Assembly (NCBI GenBank): GCA_021432655.1
Contig: MU271187.1
Location: 1 to 64,000, forward strand
Reading direction: 5' to 3'
Length of the DNA: 64,000 nt
DNA from: Atractiella rhizophila
Taxonomy: Eukaryota
The notes under the pieces were generated by a model that was not told where the DNA came from, searched no databases, and worked only from the letters and a program-made list of their open reading frames with translations. How positions within the stretch are numbered: the stretch's first letter is position 1; every line of letters starts with the position of its first letter. Shown here piece after piece: positions 39,601 to 52,741 of the stretch. The translations under genes and the position numbers were made by a program.

Positions 39601-40984
39601 ATTCAACCTTCCCTGTCCTCAAGATATTGAAGCGGATCCAGAAGCTTTCAAGTTCTGGTTGGACAGCAAGGCAACTCCAGTTCGTTTAAGGATCTACAAC
39701 TTTCTCAAAACGTGGTTGGAGATGCATTTTCAGCCCGAGAAAGATTCTGTCGTGCTCCATCCAATCCGCGAATTCACACACAAGTACATCATGCCTCTCA
39801 TGCCGACCGCTGGTCAGCGCTTGATCGATCTCTCGCAAAAGAGAGCCATCTCAACCAACAAGCCGATTCCGAAGCTTCTTACAAAGGCAATATCAACAGA
39901 ACAGCTTAAGGGACGAGCCCTCTCTCAAGAGGCTCCTCTAACAAATGCTCCTCCCGCTCCCGTGGTCTCGAAGAGCGTTATCGCAAACCTTCGAAATGGA
40001 GGCAATGTTAATGTGATGGATATCGATCCTCTCGAGTTGGCGAGACAATTGACTATTATGGAAGGCCGCTTGTTCTGCGCCATCAAGCCCGAAGAACTGC
40101 TTGGCCAGGAATTCAGCAAGAAGGCGGGGAATGCTCCCCATGTTAAGGCAATGAGCGCTCTTTCCACTAGGATAACAGGCTGGATTGCGGAGATTATCCT
40201 CGACGAGCAGGACGCAAAGAAGCGAACAAATCTCCTGAAGTATTTCATCAAGCTTGGTGATGTATGTCATTCTCTTGTAGAACCGAAACGTGGCTTATTG
40301 GCTATGCAGCGTTGTCTCCAATTGAACAACTTTAATACCTTGATGGCCGTCGTTGCAGCTCGTGTGTTCTCTCGTTCTCATTGCTTTTTCGCCACTCACC
40401 GTAGGGACGCGCAGTCAATTCGTCCACAATCTCTAGGCTGAAAAGGACTTGGGACGGCCTGTCTGCGAAAAACAAAAATACCCTTGAATCTCTGCGTAAA
40501 GCGACTGAACATACTCGCAATTACGCTCAATATCGTGGTCGTCTCCGAGAGGCTGCTCCGCCTTGTCTTCCATTCTTGGGATTGTACCTCACCGATTTGA
40601 CCTTCTGTCACGAAGGTAATCCTAACTTCCGACCATCGCCTATCGAACCAGGGCTCAAGCTGATCAATTTCGACAAATACCAAGTACGCTCTTCTGTCCT
40701 GTCCCTACTCACTGGCTATGTTAATGCCCCTTCCACAGAAAATGTCGAAAATTATTTCGGATGTCCAACGGTTTCAAGTCCCTTACGATCTCTTAGAGGT
40801 CAAAGAAGTCCAGCAGTGGATTTCGTCGCATCTGAATGGGCTAGCTTCTGGGGGTGATGTTGGTGAATTATACCGTCGATCGCTCCTGCTTGAACCAAGG
40901 GCGGACGGCTCAATACCGTCCAGCCCCAACCCTGCTAACTCAGGAGGGAAGGCGAGCGATATTCTTAACTTCAATTGGCGATGA
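36657..40984 (+). CDS. CDC25: Ras guanine nucleotide exchange factor (SH3 + RasGEF_N + RasGEF), CDC25/SDC25-like
   Basis: SH3 (VQALYSF, GWFDG, RGWFPSNYV), REM (GGTLRSLVERL, RIYNFLKTWLE), catalytic domain (DPLELARQLT, LNNFNTLMA, PCLPFLGLYLTDLTF, LINFDKY, SLLLEPR). Confidence 0.93.
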
Positions 40985-41398
40985 TGGGCGGCTTCTTTTC
41001 TGATCTATCTCCTTCTTGGTGTCTTGATATCTACGTACCACTACCAATCAGTGTTGTTGTGCTTTTTCCTTCTTTTTCTCAACTTCCAGGTTCTCCCTGT
41101 CTGGATTCGAAGAATCGTCTGTGCTCATATCAACTAAGTAAATGCCCTTTCAACTGCGGAGTGTTTCATCAGTAACCAGATATTCGATTTCTTTCAGTAA
41201 TGAGATTTGCCTTCTTGTCCGTGAGTTCGATTTCCACGAAGTTTCGCGTTTCAGTAATGCCTTTACGTCCTCTCCTTGCTTAGCACTCGCTCGCATGCTT
41301 TAAATATTATACAATGTAAATTATATGACTCTGCGGTTCCAGCTGTTCAATGATCATGGCATCGCCCATTTCTGTCCACGACAAGAAGGCGGGATATA

Positions 41399-43730
41399 GT
41401 AATTGTAATTGACGTGAGGGAAGCTTGCTTTCTTGCCTCTGAGTCCACCGGCGCTCCGCATGCGTCTGTGACGGTGCAACGGTGCACAGTACAATATTAT
41501 GATGAATGAACCCGACGTCCTGGGAGGCTTAGACTGCGTCATTTGGCCCTGATTTCGCAGGATGTCCTCTCAAGAACTCTTACCAATATAAAATAATTGC
41601 ACGATAGCTAAAAGAACACACAGGAAGATGCGCGATGACCACAAGAACACAGAGAGATTGCATGATGATTGCAAAAGAGTTACAAGAGTGCAGGTCGTTT
41701 GTTGTGGGGAAATGCAGAACATTGACATGGCGTGAACTGACACCTAATCATCCATCGAGATCGCTCCTAGAAGAGATTCGAAGCTCACAGTTGCAAATAA
41801 CCACACCTCTCCTTCTCCCACACTTCACTGACACTACTTCTCTCCTCTCCCTTCTCTTAACCTGTGGCACGACCTCACTATGGTACCATGCAGTGAAGGA
41901 GGGGCTTACCATCCGTCGATGTCGCCTTCTTCTTGAAGGGTTCCACACTTCCACCCCAAGTGAACCAGAACCACTATCCGACGTCGTATGATGTCCAACT
42001 CACAATATATTGCATTGTCGTTGTTGTAAGCCAGCTGATCTTCGACCACCGCGTAGGAAGTCGTGCTCGTGCTCGTGCTCGTGCCCATCAATCTTTCCGA
42101 CACATCAGGCATTCTAGCCTCCTCAGCAGTTCCAACCATCGGGCCATACGCAGTGCCAGATGTGAACCGGCCCTCAGCCACCATGTTGGAGTTCGTGTTA
42201 GCTTCTAAGTTCTGCACCCGCAGGCGGGCGGCCACATCCATGTCGTTGAACTCTTCCAGAAATCCTTTGCAATCAATCTGTGCCTCAAATACGTAGCCTC
42301 CGAACGTCTAGTCGTCATTGGCAGGCATGAGCACATCTTCGGTCAACGAGTTTAGTGATAGTTCTGATCCTTCCTGCTCTCGCGCCGCCTCAGCAGTCCA
42401 ATCTCTCGCGCCGCCTCAGCAGTCCAATCCCTCGCGTCGGATTCGTTGGCAAACAAAACCTGACCTCCTTGCACCATCTTCATCCATGCTCCCAACACTT
42501 CCAGAACTATCGGTTCCCGAGCAGTTGCATCCAAAACCATCGCGACGCCATCGCTGATACATCCAACATGACCTCCGTTCGCCGCGATGTGATTGGAGTG
42601 CCAGGGTTCTTCTTCGGCCCTTCCTGCCGCCTAGCCTCCTACAACTCCATCTGATCTCTTCGGGACATCTCCATTGCCAAACAGCAGTTAATCGTCAATG
42701 CTCCCATTGGGAGGATGAGTGCCTCTTCGGTCACCGAGTCCAGGGAACCTTTTGATCCTTCCTGCCTTCCGCTGTTGAGCAGTCACACCAGCCGCGACGA
42801 CCCCGTTGGTAAACGCAAGCTGATCTTGATTCACCATCTTTAGCAGTGCTTGCACCTCGCTCGGAAATATAGCCTCCTGAGCCGTTGAGACCAAAAATCG
42901 ACGCAGTGTCCTTGCTGCTGCACATAACCTGACAGTCGATCAATCCTCTAATCTAGCCTGTGAAGCCATCAAGAGGTCTACAGTGTCGGACATAGGCTCC
43001 ACTGGATTGATCCTAACTGCTCTTGCTGTGTTCTAGAGTTGCCTTCGATTTCCTCCTTCAATTTGGAGAGAGGAGCTGGTACGAGGACATCAGTTACGAA
43101 GTTCTGGCGCCCCGCCCGTGCCTTCCGGATGTCGTCTTGTTGTGCAACCTGGATCCACGACTACACATCATCAAGAGAGATGGTCCCTCCCTCGATTTGA
43201 GTGGCGTCAGATGTCGAAGGAGCTGGGGCAGCCACGGTCTGAGCCAAAGGTACCACAGGTTAAGCTGGAGGAATGGCAAGACGAGCGTGAGGAAGCGTAA
43301 TCTGAGCTGCAAGAATAACAGGGTGTGCGGGAAAGACAGCTTGAGAAGCCTACGACGCGTTCTGGGATCATGTTGTCACCCAGATTCATTCTGGTAGGCC
43401 TACACGAAATCAATATTACTACTTTTCCATACACTTGCTAATACTCGCTAGCTCGATTTCCCTTTGACTGCCTATTTCCTCGTTTTCTGCCTTACATCCT
43501 TCATTTGTTGTTGTGATAATCAAAGTGAGCTTCGCCATGTTTGTGCCAGTACGCTTTGCACGTTTAATTGTTAGGTCGATACTACCAGTGACCTCGCACA
43601 AAGCCTAACCCTACCTTTGCCTACCCTACCCTCTCCCACCCCGCAGCCTGGATGGATGGCTGCTAGCTTCATGTTTAATAAGGTCCTAGGCTGTTGCGGA
43701 TCGCGAAGTAAGGGCTCACAAAGTGAGGTT
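41399..43730 (-). repeat. Dispersed repeat, long form, carrying a decayed unknown ORF (second copy at 44830-47134)
   Basis: Both ends align, inverted, to 54494-55157. The interior has broken minus-strand ORF pieces with a diverged internal repeat. Confidence 0.7.
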
Positions 43731-43908
43731 AGTGCTTGACTTCATATTGAGAGAATGGGTAGTGATGAGCATTCGATGTAGGCGGAGGACGAGAGAACGA
43801 GGTTATTACCGGACGGATTGCCTGAGTGCGCTTCTCTGTAACCTATGGCTGTGTATATTCTTACCTTTACACTCTATTGATTAGAGCACCAATAATGGAA
43901 GACCACAA

Positions 43909-44415
43909 ATACCCTTGAATCTCTGCGTAAAGCGACTGAACATACTCGCAATTACGCTCAATATCGTGGTCGTCTCCGAGAGGCTGCTCCGCCTTGTCTT
44001 CCATTCTTGGGATTGTACCTCACCGATTTGACCTTCTGTCACGAAGGTAATCCTAACTTCCGACCATCGCCTATCGAACCAGGGCTCAAGCTGATCAATT
44101 TCGACAAATACCAAGTACGCTCTTCTGTCCTGTCCCTACTCACTGGCTATGTTAATGCCCCTTCCACAGAAAATGTCGAAAATTATTTCGGATGTCCAAC
44201 GGTTTCAAGTCCCTTACGATCTCTTAGAGGTCAAAGAAGTCCAGCAGTGGATTTCGTCGCATCTGAATGGGCTAGCTTCTGGGGGTGATGTTGGTGAATT
44301 ATACCGTCGATCGCTCCTGCTTGAACCAAGGGCGGACGGCTCAATACCGTCCAGCCCCAACCCTGCTAACTCAGGAGGGAAGGCGAGCGATATTCTTAAC
44401 TTCAATTGGCGATGA
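43909..44415 (+). pseudogene. Duplicated 3' fragment of the RasGEF gene
   Basis: Identical to 40478-40984 and lacks all upstream exons. Confidence 0.8.
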
Positions 44416-47298
44416 TGGGCGGCTTCTTTTCTGATCTATCTCCTTCTTGGTGTCTTGATATCTACGTACCACTACCAATCAGTGTTGTTGTGCTTTTTCC
44501 TTCTTTTTCTCAACTTCCAGGTTCTCCCTGTCTGGATTCGAAGAATCGTCTGTGCTCATATCAACTAAGTAAATGCCCTTTCAACTGCGGAGTGTTTCAT
44601 CAGTAACCAGATATTCGATTTCTTTCAGTAATGAGATTTGCCTTCTTGTCCGTGAGTTCGATTTCCACGAAGTTTCGCGTTTCAGTAATGCCTTTACGTC
44701 CTCTCCTTGCTTAGCACTCGCTCGCATGCTTTAAATATTATACAATGTAAATTATATGACTCTGCGGTTCCAGCTGTTCAATGATCATGGCATCGCCCAT
44801 TTCTGTCCACGACAAGAAGGCGGGATATAGTAATTGTAATTGACGTGAGGGAAGCTTGCTTTCTTGCCTCTGAGTCCACCGGCGCTCCGCATGCGTCTGT
44901 GACGGTGCAACGGTGCACAGTACAATATTATGATGAATGAACCCGACGTCCTGGGAGGCTTAGACTGCGTCATTTGGCCCTGATTTCGCAGGATGTCCTC
45001 TCAAGAACTCTTACCAATATAAAATAATTGCACGATAGCTAAAAGAACACACAGGAAGATGCGCGATGACCACAAGAACACAGAGAGATTGCATGATGAT
45101 TGCAAAAGAGTTACAAGAGTGCAGGTCGTTTGTTGTGGGGAAATGCAGAACATTGACATGGCGTGAACTGACACCTAATCATCCATCGAGATCGCTCCTA
45201 GAAGAGATTCGAAGCTCACAGTTGCAAATAACCACACCTCTCCTTCTCCCACACTTCACTGACACTACTTCTCTCCTCTCCCTTCTCTTAACCTGTGGCA
45301 CGACCTCACTATGGTACCATGCAGTGAAGGAGGGGCTTACCATCCGTCGATGTCGCCTTCTTCTTGAAGGGTTCCACACTTCCACCCCAAGTGAACCAGA
45401 ACCACTATCCGACGTCGTATGATGTCCAACTCACAATATATTGCATTGTCGTTGTTGTAAGCCAGCTGATCTTCGACCACCGCGTAGGAAGTCGTGCTCG
45501 TGCTCGTGCTCGTGCCCATCAATCTTTCCGACACATCAGGCATTCTAGCCTCCTCAGCAGTTCCAACCATCGGGCCATACGCAGTGCCAGATGTGAACCG
45601 GCCCTCAGCCACCATGTTGGAGTTCGTGTTAGCTTCTAAGTTCTGCACCCGCAGGCGGGCGGCCACATCCATGTCGTTGAACTCTTCCAGAAATCCTTTG
45701 CAATCAATCTGTGCCTCAAATACGTAGCCTCCGAACGTCTAGTCGTCATTGGCAGGCATGAGCACATCTTCGGTCAACGAGTTTAGTGATAGTTCTGATC
45801 CTTCCTGCTCTCGCGCCGCCTCAGCAGTCCAATCCCTCGCGTCGGACTCGTTGGCAAACAAAACCTGACCTCCTTGCACCATCTTCATCCATGCTCCCAA
45901 CACTTCCAGAAATATCGGTTCCCGAGCAGTTGCATCCAAAACCATCGCGACGCCGTCGCTGCCACACCCAACCTGACCTCCGTTCGCCGCGATGTGACTG
46001 GAGTGCCAGGGTTCTTCTTCGGCCCTTCCTGCCGCCTAGCCTCCTACAACTCCATCTGATCTCTTCGGGACATCTACATTGCCAAACAGCAGTTAATCGT
46101 CAATGCTCCCATTGGGAGGATGAGTGCCTCTTCGGTCACCGAGTCCAGGGAACCTTTTGATCCTTCCTGCCTTCCCGCTGTTGAGCAGTCAAACCAGCCG
46201 CGACGACCCCGTTGGTAAACGCAATCTGATCTTGATTCACCATCTTTAGCAGTGCTTGCACCTCGCTCGGAAATATAGCCTCCTGAGCCGTTGAGACCAA
46301 AAATCGACGCAGTGTCCTTGCTGCTGCACATAACCTGACAGTCGATCAATCCTCTAATCTAGCCTGTGAAGCCATCAAGAGGTCTACAGTGTCGGACATA
46401 GGCTCCACTGGATTGATCCTAACTGCTCTTGCTGTGTTCTAGAGTTGCCTTCGATTTCCCTCCTTCAATTTGGAGAGAGGAGCTGGTACGAGGACATCAG
46501 TTACGAAGTTCTGGCGCCCCGCCCGTGCCTTCCGGATGTCGTCTTGTTGTGCAACCTGGATCCACGACTGCACATCATCAAGAGATATAGTCCCTCCCTC
46601 GATTTGAGTGGCGTCAGATGTCGAAGGAGCTGGGGCAGCCACGGTCTGAGCCAATGGTACCACAGGTTAAGCTGGAGGAATGGCAAGACGAGCGTGAGGA
46701 AGCGTAATCTGAGCTGCAAGAATAACAGGGTGTGCGGGAAAGACAGCTTGAGAAGCATACGACGCGTTCTTGGATCATGTTGTCACCCAGATTCATTCTG
46801 GTAGGCCTACAGGAAATCAATATTACTACTTTTCCATACACTTGCTAATACTCGCTAGCTCGATTTCCCTTTGACTGCCTATTTCCTCGTTTTCTGCCTT
46901 ACATCCTTCATTTGTTGTGATAATCAAAGTGAGCTTCGCCATGTTTGTGCCAGTACGCTTTGCACGTTTAATTGTTAGGTCGATACTACCAGTGACCTCG
47001 CACAAAGCCTAACCCTACCTTTGCCTACCCTACCCTCTCCCACCCCGCAGCCTGGATGGATGGCTGCTAGCTTCATGTTTAATAAAGTCCTAGGCTGTTG
47101 CGGATCGCGAAGTAAGGGCTCACAAAGTGAGGTTAGTGCTTGACTTCATATTGAGAGAATGGGTAGTGATGAGCATTCGATGTAGGCGGAGGACGAGAGA
47201 ACGAGGTTATTACCAGACGGATTGCCTGAGTGCGCTTCTCTGTAACCTATGGCTGTGTATATTCTTACCTTTACACTCTATTGATTAGAGCACCAATA

Positions 47299-47657
47299 AT
47301 GGAAGACCACAATCCGAATTTCAACACTGCTCAGCAAGCTGTGGAACAGCAAATGCTCGATGATATTGTGGCAGAATGTCTTGCGTATGTCTTATCTACT
47401 CACATTCCACCTGGATGGTTCCGTAGTTGATTTTTAATGGCAGTGGAATGATAAATGTGAACACGGTCGATTTTGAGCACGACGACGGTCCCTGGAAACA
47501 ATACCTGCCCAAATTGGACAGCAGCGTTCTGTCATACAAGTTCCCGCCAGACGAAGCTGAAGACACTTCTGTGGCTGTTGAAAGCGAGCGGGAAATGGAG
47601 CGGGAGAGGACAAGGATAGTCCAGAGTGATGTTAGCGATTCTGAGTCCTTCTCCTGA
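47299..47657 (+). CDS. Small acidic hypothetical protein, 2 exons
   Basis: MEDHNPNF...ECLA, an intron (GTATGT..GCAG), then ...VNTVDFEHDDGPWKQYLPK...SESFS*. No recognisable domain. Confidence 0.45.
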
Positions 47658-48247
47658 TCCACGGTTCGCTGGTCCCCGCTGCCCTTCTGAAATGTTGAGT
47701 TGGACTAGGATCTTGTAGGCTCACTAACACCCCATACAGTATCCATTATTTTCAGCCGAATACCTTATTGCAGAAGTTTGTATAGCTACAAAATCAGGTG
47801 TACGAATGCGACCGAACTTCATTCAGAGAAGGGCTCGCCTCCCTAGTCAAAATGTGAACACGGTCGATTTTGAGCACGACGACGGTCCCTGGAAACAATA
47901 CCTGCCCAAATTGGACAGCAGCGTTCTGTCATACAAGTTCCCGCCAGACGAAGCTGAAGACACTTCTGTGGCTGTTGAAAGCGAGCGGGAAATGGAGCGG
48001 GAGAGGACAAGGATAGTCCAGAGTGATGTTAGCGATTCTGAGTCCTTCTCCTGATCCACGGTTCGCTGCTCCCCGCTGCCCTTCTGAAATGTTGAGTTGG
48101 ACAAGGATCTTGTAGGCTCACTAACACCCCATACAGTATCCATTATTTTCAGCCGAATACCTTATTGCAGAAGTTTGTATAGCTACAAAATCAGGTGTAC
48201 GAATGCGACCGAATTTCATTCAGAGAAGGGCTCGCCTCCCTAGTCAA
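47453..48247. repeat. Direct tandem duplication, 397 bp (47453-47850 / 47850-48247)
   Basis: Three SNPs seen: GGTCCCC/GCTCCCC, GACTAGG/GACAAGG, AACTTC/AATTTC. Confidence 0.95.
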
Positions 48248-49339
48248 GACGTAGTGGGGTTCTGCATTCAACCCTTTCTCTTCCAAGCGCCTTGGCTCCA
48301 TTCCTTCTAGTTGGAGGAACTTTACAAACGATCGACAGCACAGCCATTGGCATGATACTCAGAAAATACAAGTAATGGTAGAATCCAAACCAATTTGGCA
48401 TCCATTCCATTTCCTTTCAATGTCCTGCAGTACTCAATGTTTACAAGCGAAATCTTATCTTTACCGTGCGGAGTCTCGTACCCAAGGTGCAAAGCGACAA
48501 AGCAAAGACATCACAGTAAATTAAAGAATGATTAAATAAAAGAATGATTGAATGAAACAATGATTAAATGAACAATGAAAAGAAAGGAATGAGCTATCCG
48601 TCATGACTCGTTTTCAGGATATAGGTGCAAATGTACATCGAAGTATGCAAAAGTCTTTCCGAATCTTGGCGGGATTGGGTGACGCGAGCCTCTGCAAGTC
48701 TGGTTGAGATGCAGAGAATTCGTTGCTCTTCCGCTGAGGTCGTCCGAGGCAGTTGTAGGGAGGGATCGGATACCTTGGAAGAGGTGAGAGTCACGACTCG
48801 ATCCCAACTGTAACAATACAGTACATAAAACTTGTTCCAGATCTCTTCGTGGCGTGATTGAATCCTGTCCGGTTCTGCGGTCCACTCATCCGTCTTGTTG
48901 TGAAGGGAACAAGAGCATATGCAGAGAGACCAAAACGCTGGATGTCGGCTAAAATCCATGTTTCCGTTTTGGTTCTTCTCAAGGTCTTGTTTCTATGGGA
49001 TGAAACTTGAGGTTGACGTGAGACCATTCTTCTCAGATTCCCATGTGGCTGCCGATTGAGCAAAGGATAAAAGGCAAGATGTCCCACAAGAACACCTCCA
49101 TCCCTTGGGTCAACCAGTCGCCAGCCAACTCGACAAATCAACAAAAAAGCGAGCTAGCTCGTCTTCTCCTTTCACTTTCGTTTTTCATTTACACGACAGC
49201 GTCGCCCCTCTTTCGATTCCACAGGAGAAGTCAAGAACTTCCTAACATCAGCTGCGATTGATTCGCCCGTCAAATTCCAGTCATTCGCACACTTAGTTCC
49301 CTCACTCAAATAAGTATTACGCATTAGAATCCTTTCGAA

Positions 49340-52300
49340 ATGCTTTTCTCAAAGATCGCCGGAACCGCCATCGCTTTCCTCTCCATCGCATCTGAGGCAA
49401 GGACCATCAACAGCTCCAATTACTCGTCCTCCCCGAAGGTCAGGAGAGGTCATTCTTCTCCTCGAGTACATCGCAGGGAGGTTCCTCAGGAACACGTAGG
49501 TCTTTTTTCCTGGGTTGAGCATTCCTATCTGAGATTTGTTTGTCAGTCTCATGAGAAGATCCTCACTGCAGTCAGGACCCAATTGAACAAGAATAATCCG
49601 GATAAAATCCAAGACCCTGTTTTTGCTCTCCTCGGAAACGCTGCCGCTGCTGCTGGAGCAGGCAACATCAAAGATCCCGATTGTCTCCAGCAAGCAGTCG
49701 CCGATCAGGGTCCGTCTGCCTCTAACAACAAAGTCATCGCTTGAGATTGACAACCATTTTCTAGCTTTCACGAACGCCAAGGCGGCCAACGACGTCGATG
49801 GAATGGTCGCTGCTCTCCAGTTCCGAGCTCTTGAGCGGAACAGCGGTGCCGTTGGGCAAGCCTCTGCTGCTTGTACCTCCATCAAGGCTGTCAACCCTGA
49901 AATCGCGGCTCTTGAACAACACCAGGTTTTTCTTCTTTCTCTTTTTTGAGATTTCGCTCACATTGAGGAACAGGATCCCGCTTCTACCGGTGCTGCGGCC
50001 TTGAACAAGCAGATTGTTCTTGATCTGGCAGTCGAAATCGCCTCGGTTGGTGGAGACCCTCAACTCGTGAGTCTATTCGTTATTTGCTCCAGCATAACCT
50101 GATGGGGAAGTCTAGGCGCTAGAGACCGGGACGTTCGCTCCTGGAAAAATTGGAGACCCAACCGCCAAGGGAAACTCTTGTGACGAGACCAACGACCCTG
50201 TTGGTTGCATCTTCACCCAGAATCTCTTGGTTGAAGACGCAACGGCGGACGAGATTAACGCTGCTGTTGCGGATGCCTGTGGGGGTGACGCTAACACTGG
50301 ATCCAACACTTCCACGGGAGGGAACACCTCCACCGGAAATGGTACTGCCACCGGAGGTAACAGCACTTCAACCGGTAACAACACTTCAACCGGTAACAGC
50401 ACCTCCACGGGTAATGACGCAGCGACGGGAGGAAACACTGGAAGCAGCACCGCTCTCAGCTTCGGCACTTGCTCGCCTCCGGCGATCGAAGGCGGTCTCG
50501 GATTTGATGGCCGCAAAGAGTTCTCCTTCCAGCCTGTTGACAAGACCGATTACAACCATGGCTCCGCGCAGAACATAGGAATTATCGCCGACTTCAACTG
50601 CGACACTTTGATCAACAAGTGTGGTCTGACGGAGCAAGATCAGGGTACCATTGCTTGCAGGGCGGGTCAAGCTGCTGTTGGTCAGTATTTCCAACTTTGG
50701 TCTTATCTCGTGGAATCAATATTGGAATAGGCAACGCCAAGGATGATGGAAAACTCGCCGACACCTTCAACTCATTTATTGGGGTCACCACTGACTTCGC
50801 CGTAAGGTTTTCAGTGGCTACTCTGGCGATTGTCCACTCAGTCTGGGGACGCAGAATGTGGAAGGTTCTTCCAGCGCTGTTGCTAACCCCAACAACGCTG
50901 CTGCCTCAAACGGTACTCTCAGCTTCGGTAGCTGCTCCGCTCCGACCATCGAGGGAGGTCTTGGCTTCGATGGACGGAAGGAGTTCTCATTCCAGCCCAT
51001 CAACAAGAACGACTTCAACCACGGTTCCGCACAGAATATTGGTATCATTGCCGACTTTAACTGTGACACTTTAATCAACAAGTGTGGTCTCTCCGAACAA
51101 TCCGCTGGTACCGTTGCTTGTAGGGCTGGTCAGGCTGCAGTTGGAAGTTCGCATTTTTCTTTTGTTTCCCCATGGATTAATAATAAGTTACCTGCTTAGA
51201 TGCTAAGGATGACGGAGCCCTAGCAGGTGAGTGGCCCCACCTGCATTTCTTGATCTCATATTGAAGTGACATTTTGATGGTAGACAAATTCAACAGCTTC
51301 TTGGGTGTTACAACCAACTTTGCCCAGGCCGCAGGGTCTACTTCAGCAACTGGAGGTGCTGCCACTGGCAATGGTGCGGCTACTGGTAATGGTGCAGCTA
51401 CTGGCAACAACACCACTACTGGTAACGCTGCAACTGGAGGAAACGCGGCTGCTGGCGGAAACACCGCAACTGGAGGAAACGCTGCCACTGGAGCCGCAAC
51501 TGATTTCGGAAAGTGCGCTGCCCCGACCATTGAAGGAGGTTTGGGATTTGATGGAAGGAAGGAGTTCTCTTTCCAACCTATCAACAAGGCCGACTTTCCC
51601 CATGGAAGTGCGTTTTTCACCCATTAAGATAAATTCTATTGAACGTAGAGGCTAATGTTCACCTCAGGCGCCCAAAACATCGGTATCATCACTCAGGCTA
51701 AGTGAGTCATTTTAATTCTAGTCCCCAGCAAGGTTGATGCTGACGAGTCGATAGCTGTGATCAACTTGTCAACGCTTGTGGTCTGAACCAACAGAGCGCT
51801 GGACTCCTCCTCTGCCGGTTTGTCCTTTTCTACCGCCCAGCGAACACGCTGACAACCATCGTAGTCAAGCACAAAACGCTGTGGGAGCTGGTAAAGATGA
51901 TGGCTCACTCGCTGATAAATTCAACGCCTTCTTCGGCGTAACCACCGATTTCAAGAATGCTCAAGGGTCCACTACTGCCGCAACAGCCAGCACAGGTGGA
52001 AACGCTGCCACTGGTACCACAGGAGGAAATGCTGCCACCAGCACCACGGGTGCAAATACTGCGACCGGTGCCGCCACTGGTAACAACGGAGCCTCGTCAG
52101 CCATTAGCTTTGGATCTTGCTCTAATCCCTCCATCGTTTTTGGCCGTAACTCTGACCGTCCCAATGAAGATGCCTTCGCTCCCGCCAATCTTGCAGATTT
52201 CAACCACGGCAGTGCGCTCGGAATTGGTGTCATCACGTCTTTCATCTGCCAACAGCTCAATGACAAGTGCAAGGCCAGCCAAGGTGCGCTCGATGCTTGT

Positions 52301-52436
52301 GCTAAAGGTCAGGTCGCCGCTGGATCTGCTACTGGTTCGTTTTGCAATCGTTTTGCAATGTCATTCAGCCGATCTAACGAGTTTGGGACCAGGTCAAGCG
52401 GCTGCTGATGCCTTCAACTCAGCTCTTGGGCTTTAA
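49340..52436 (+). CDS. Secreted modular Cys-rich protein: signal peptide, N-terminal domain, four repeated Cys domains joined by Gly/Thr/Asn/Ala linkers
   Basis: MLFSKIAGTAIAFLSIASEA signal, RR|EVPQEHSHEK, three copies of FGxCxxPxIEGGLGFDGRKEFSFQP...HGSAQNIGII...CD.L.N.C and one diverged fourth copy. Confidence 0.88.
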
Positions 52437-52741
52437 ATCAAACACAGAGGTGCTCATGGAGAAGTAGGGAAGGAGGTTTTAAATCGTAATGCTTTGTGTG
52501 ATATATTCTTTCGAGATTAAAGTGTACATGGGTGCAATCGATTCACAGGCTAGGGAGGCGCTCTCCTCGTCCCCTGGTCCTGCTGATGTTACGGAATATG
52601 TCTGCTTGCCGATTCCTCGTGCGGAAACTGAATGGAATGCTTCATGGAGGTGCTGACACCCATGTGTTCTACTTCAAAATGCATGCCGTGGCACTTTGGG
52701 ATTGGTCGAAATATTTGTTATTCCATTAAATAAAGCGGATA

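Larger units (their letters stand above)
40476..47312. repeat. Direct tandem duplication of about 3.43 kb (40476-43908 / 43907-47312)
   Basis: ORFs recur at +3431. The first ~1.9 kb looks identical; the rest has SNPs and small indels. 2-nt AA overlap at the junction. Confidence 0.97.

Noticed and set aside
43604..43635. CTAACCCTAC as a telomerase RNA template or telomeric repeat (also at ~24910)
   Set aside because: Under two units, lacks the CTAACCCTAA alignment repeat and has no supporting structure.
48520..48580. AATGATTAAAT-type degenerate repeat
   Set aside because: Short low-complexity AT-rich tract with no further structure.
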